A stretch of DNA of 61,910 bases, counting the filler. It is 5 parts of 5 records of this genome, joined end to end, with 100 filler letters (N's around TTAATTAATTAA, not from the genome) between each part and the next. Parts side by side here need not be neighbours in the genome. Positions count along the whole stretch, not along the records: positions 57,771 to 61,910 come from SRR20825010_6824; 4 more parts are not named here. The stretch is one strand, 5' to 3'. Position numbers and translations under genes: made by a program. Below are positions 60,254 through 61,910 of the stretch, in pieces (within the stretch, counting starts at the first letter, position 1; every line of letters begins with the position of its first letter). The notes under the pieces were generated by a model that was not told where the DNA came from, searched no databases, and saw nothing but the letters and a program-made list of their open reading frames with translations.

Positions 60254-60544
60254 TTAATTGGCAACGACCGTTTCGCAATAGGTTGCAAGATCGATATCCT
60301 TTTGCGTCACGCCACCGGCATCATGGGTGGTAAGCGTCACGCCGACCTTGTTGTAAACATTGAACCATTCGGGATGGTGATCCATTTTTTCCGCCTTCAT
60401 GGCGATGCGGGTCATAAACCCGAATGCGGAATTGAAATCGCCAAACATATAGACCTGCCCGATCGATTTGCCATCTTCGGCAAGTTCCCAATTGGGAAGG
60501 TTTTTAAGCGCGCTAAGGATTGCGGTTTTTTCGAGTTTGCTCAT
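60254..60544 (-). CDS. Pterin-4a-carbinolamine dehydratase
   Basis: [17 protein letters not shown]…[19 protein letters not shown]. Confidence 0.95.
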   Translation of the reverse strand: MSKLEKTAILSALKNLPNWELAEDGKSIGQVYMFGDFNSAFGFMTRIAMKAEKMDHHPEWFNVYNKVGVTLTTHDAGGVTQKDIDLATYCETVVAN

Positions 60545-60601
60545 GTTTGCCTCCTGTTTTTTTAGCTTAGGGGTCATCCATATTGGACCACAAAACGCCC
60601 C

Positions 60602-61249
60602 CTAACCCAACAGGCGATGCACCCGTTCGCGCAGGACAGGTAAAAAGTCGGTTTCAAACCACGGGTTCTTTTTCAGCCAGCCGGTACTGCGCCAGCTTGG
60701 ATGGGGCATGGGCAAAAGATTATCTGGCAGGAAATCGGCAAATTGATGGACGGTTTGGGTCATGGTTTTGGCCCGGCGCGCGCCAAGATAACGGTTTTGC
60801 GCATATTGCCCGATCAAAAGGGTCAGCCCGATATCGGGCAAATGCCCAAGCAAGGCATCATGCCATTCCAGGGCACATTCCGGGCGGGGTGGTAAATCAC
60901 CGCCACCTTCCATCCGGCCGGGATAACAAAAGCCCATTGGCATGATCGCCAGTTTGGCCGGGTCGTAAAAATCATCCACCGACAGATCAAGCCAGTCGCG
61001 CAACCGATCCCCCGATGCGTCATTCCACGGAAGGCCGGTTTCATGGACCCGCGTTCCCGGCGCCTGGCCAATGACCAGAATGCGGGCGGATTTTGCCATG
61101 CGGACAACAGGGCGCGGACCCAGCGGCAGGTTCTTTTCACAAATCGTGCAAGACCGGACCTTGGTTAAAAGGGCATCAAGGTCCGGATCATCACCGGGCG
61201 GGTCAATTTCAGGAAGATTTCCGGCCGGGCCGGGGGTAAGGCCGGGCAT
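60602..61249 (-). CDS. Uracil-DNA glycosylase superfamily protein
   Basis: IGQAPG, WNDASGDRLRDWL, PMGFCYPG, DLPPRPEC, HPSWR. Confidence 0.9.
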   Translation of the reverse strand: MPGLTPGPAGNLPEIDPPGDDPDLDALLTKVRSCTICEKNLPLGPRPVVRMAKSARILVIGQAPGTRVHETGLPWNDASGDRLRDWLDLSVDDFYDPAKLAIMPMGFCYPGRMEGGGDLPPRPECALEWHDALLGHLPDIGLTLLIGQYAQNRYLGARRAKTMTQTVHQFADFLPDNLLPMPHPSWRSTGWLKKNPWFETDFLPVLRERVHRLLG

Positions 61250-61252
61250 GGG

Positions 61253-61909
61253 TTATTTTACCTCGGAATCTTCGATCACCCATTCTTCAGCCGCGGCATC
61301 AGCATACCATGCCTTCATATCCGGAAGATCAAGGATCGCATCCATATAGGCATTGCCGACCGGATCAAGGGTGACGCCATATGTTTTGAACCGGGTGACC
61401 ACCGGGGCATACATCGCATCGGCAATCGAAAAATGACCAAACAGGAAATCACCCCCCTGCCCGTATTGAGTGCGGCAGGTTTTAAAAATCTCGCCAATGC
61501 GGGCGATGTCTTTATCGACCCCCGGCCCACGGCCAAGACCGGGCAAAGATTTGCGGCAATTCATCGGCATATGACTGCGCAACGGCCCAAAGCCGCCATG
61601 CATTTCAAGCGATACGGCGCGCGCAATTGCGCGCACATCGATATCAAGCGGCCACAGCAACGTATCGGGTTGGCTATCGGCGATATATTCAAGGATTGCC
61701 AAGGCTTCCCAGATGGTTTTCTTGCCATCGAAAAAGGCCGGGACCTTGGCCGTCGGGGAAAAGACCGGGGCCTTGGCCGCGAAGGCATCGCTGCGCAACT
61801 GAACAAGGTTTTCATCAAAATCAACGCCGGTGACTTTCAACCCCAACCAAGCGCGGAGCGACCAGGACGAATAGTTTTTATTGCCGATATAAAGAACGGG
61901 GCGCGTTTC
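61253..61909 (-). CDS. Glutathione S-transferase family protein (5' end at the window edge)
   Basis: IGNKNYSSWSLRAW, SPTAKVP, EMHGGF, FSIADAMYAPV. Confidence 0.93.
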   Translation of the reverse strand, partial: ETRPVLYIGNKNYSSWSLRAWLGLKVTGVDFDENLVQLRSDAFAAKAPVFSPTAKVPAFFDGKKTIWEALAILEYIADSQPDTLLWPLDIDVRAIARAVSLEMHGGFGPLRSHMPMNCRKSLPGLGRGPGVDKDIARIGEIFKTCRTQYGQGGDFLFGHFSIADAMYAPVVTRFKTYGVTLDPVGNAYMDAILDLPDMKAWYADAAAEEWVIEDSEVK

Positions 61910-61910
61910 C

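Overview
The window is not one continuous locus. It is five contigs joined by four identical 100-nt artificial spacers (44 N + TTAATTAATTAA + 44 N), and they appear to come from at least four marine bacteria. (1) 1-19656 is an AT-rich Flavobacteriaceae-like contig: atpG, flippase, dut, TPR, DUF4292, EnvC-like, AKR, thioesterase, HU-CCDC81/SPOR, dprA, a large fused surface protein, trpS, acyltransferase, a lipoprotein/ECF-sigma/beta-barrel anti-sigma operon, and recA. (2) 19757-42687 is a GC-rich alphaproteobacterial (Rhodospirillales-like) contig: GDPD, zntB, MscS, HI0933, MFS, amidases, yfgM-bamB-der, CoA transferase, SDRs, DMT and the methylamine genes glnT/gmaS and mgsC-like. (3) 42788-46465 is an internal fragment of a hybrid NRPS-PKS (C-A[Ser-like]-T-KS). 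(4) 46566-57670 is a Cytophagales (Algoriphagus-like) contig: ileS, lspA, SNF2, PIN-PhoH, esterase, ALDH. (5) 57771-61910 is an alphaproteobacterial (Thalassospira-like) contig. Taxon labels are by-eye inference. The best lead is an ECF21-type promoter motif (cacGCAACCTTT..., GCAACC-N15-CATCT) that occurs twice, once on each side of recA. One copy precedes a dual-membrane-spanning anti-sigma operon. The other precedes an ORF-less, three-hairpin, terminator-ended stretch of about 140 nt, a candidate envelope-stress sRNA. Other leads: a LexA-boxed orphan zinc-ribbon gene, a sigma54-driven PilZ gene, a Crp/Fnr site at -41.5 that overlaps the regulator's own start codon, an amidase directly behind gmaS, and the NRPS-PKS fragment. 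I saw no rRNA, tRNA, CRISPR array or transposase.
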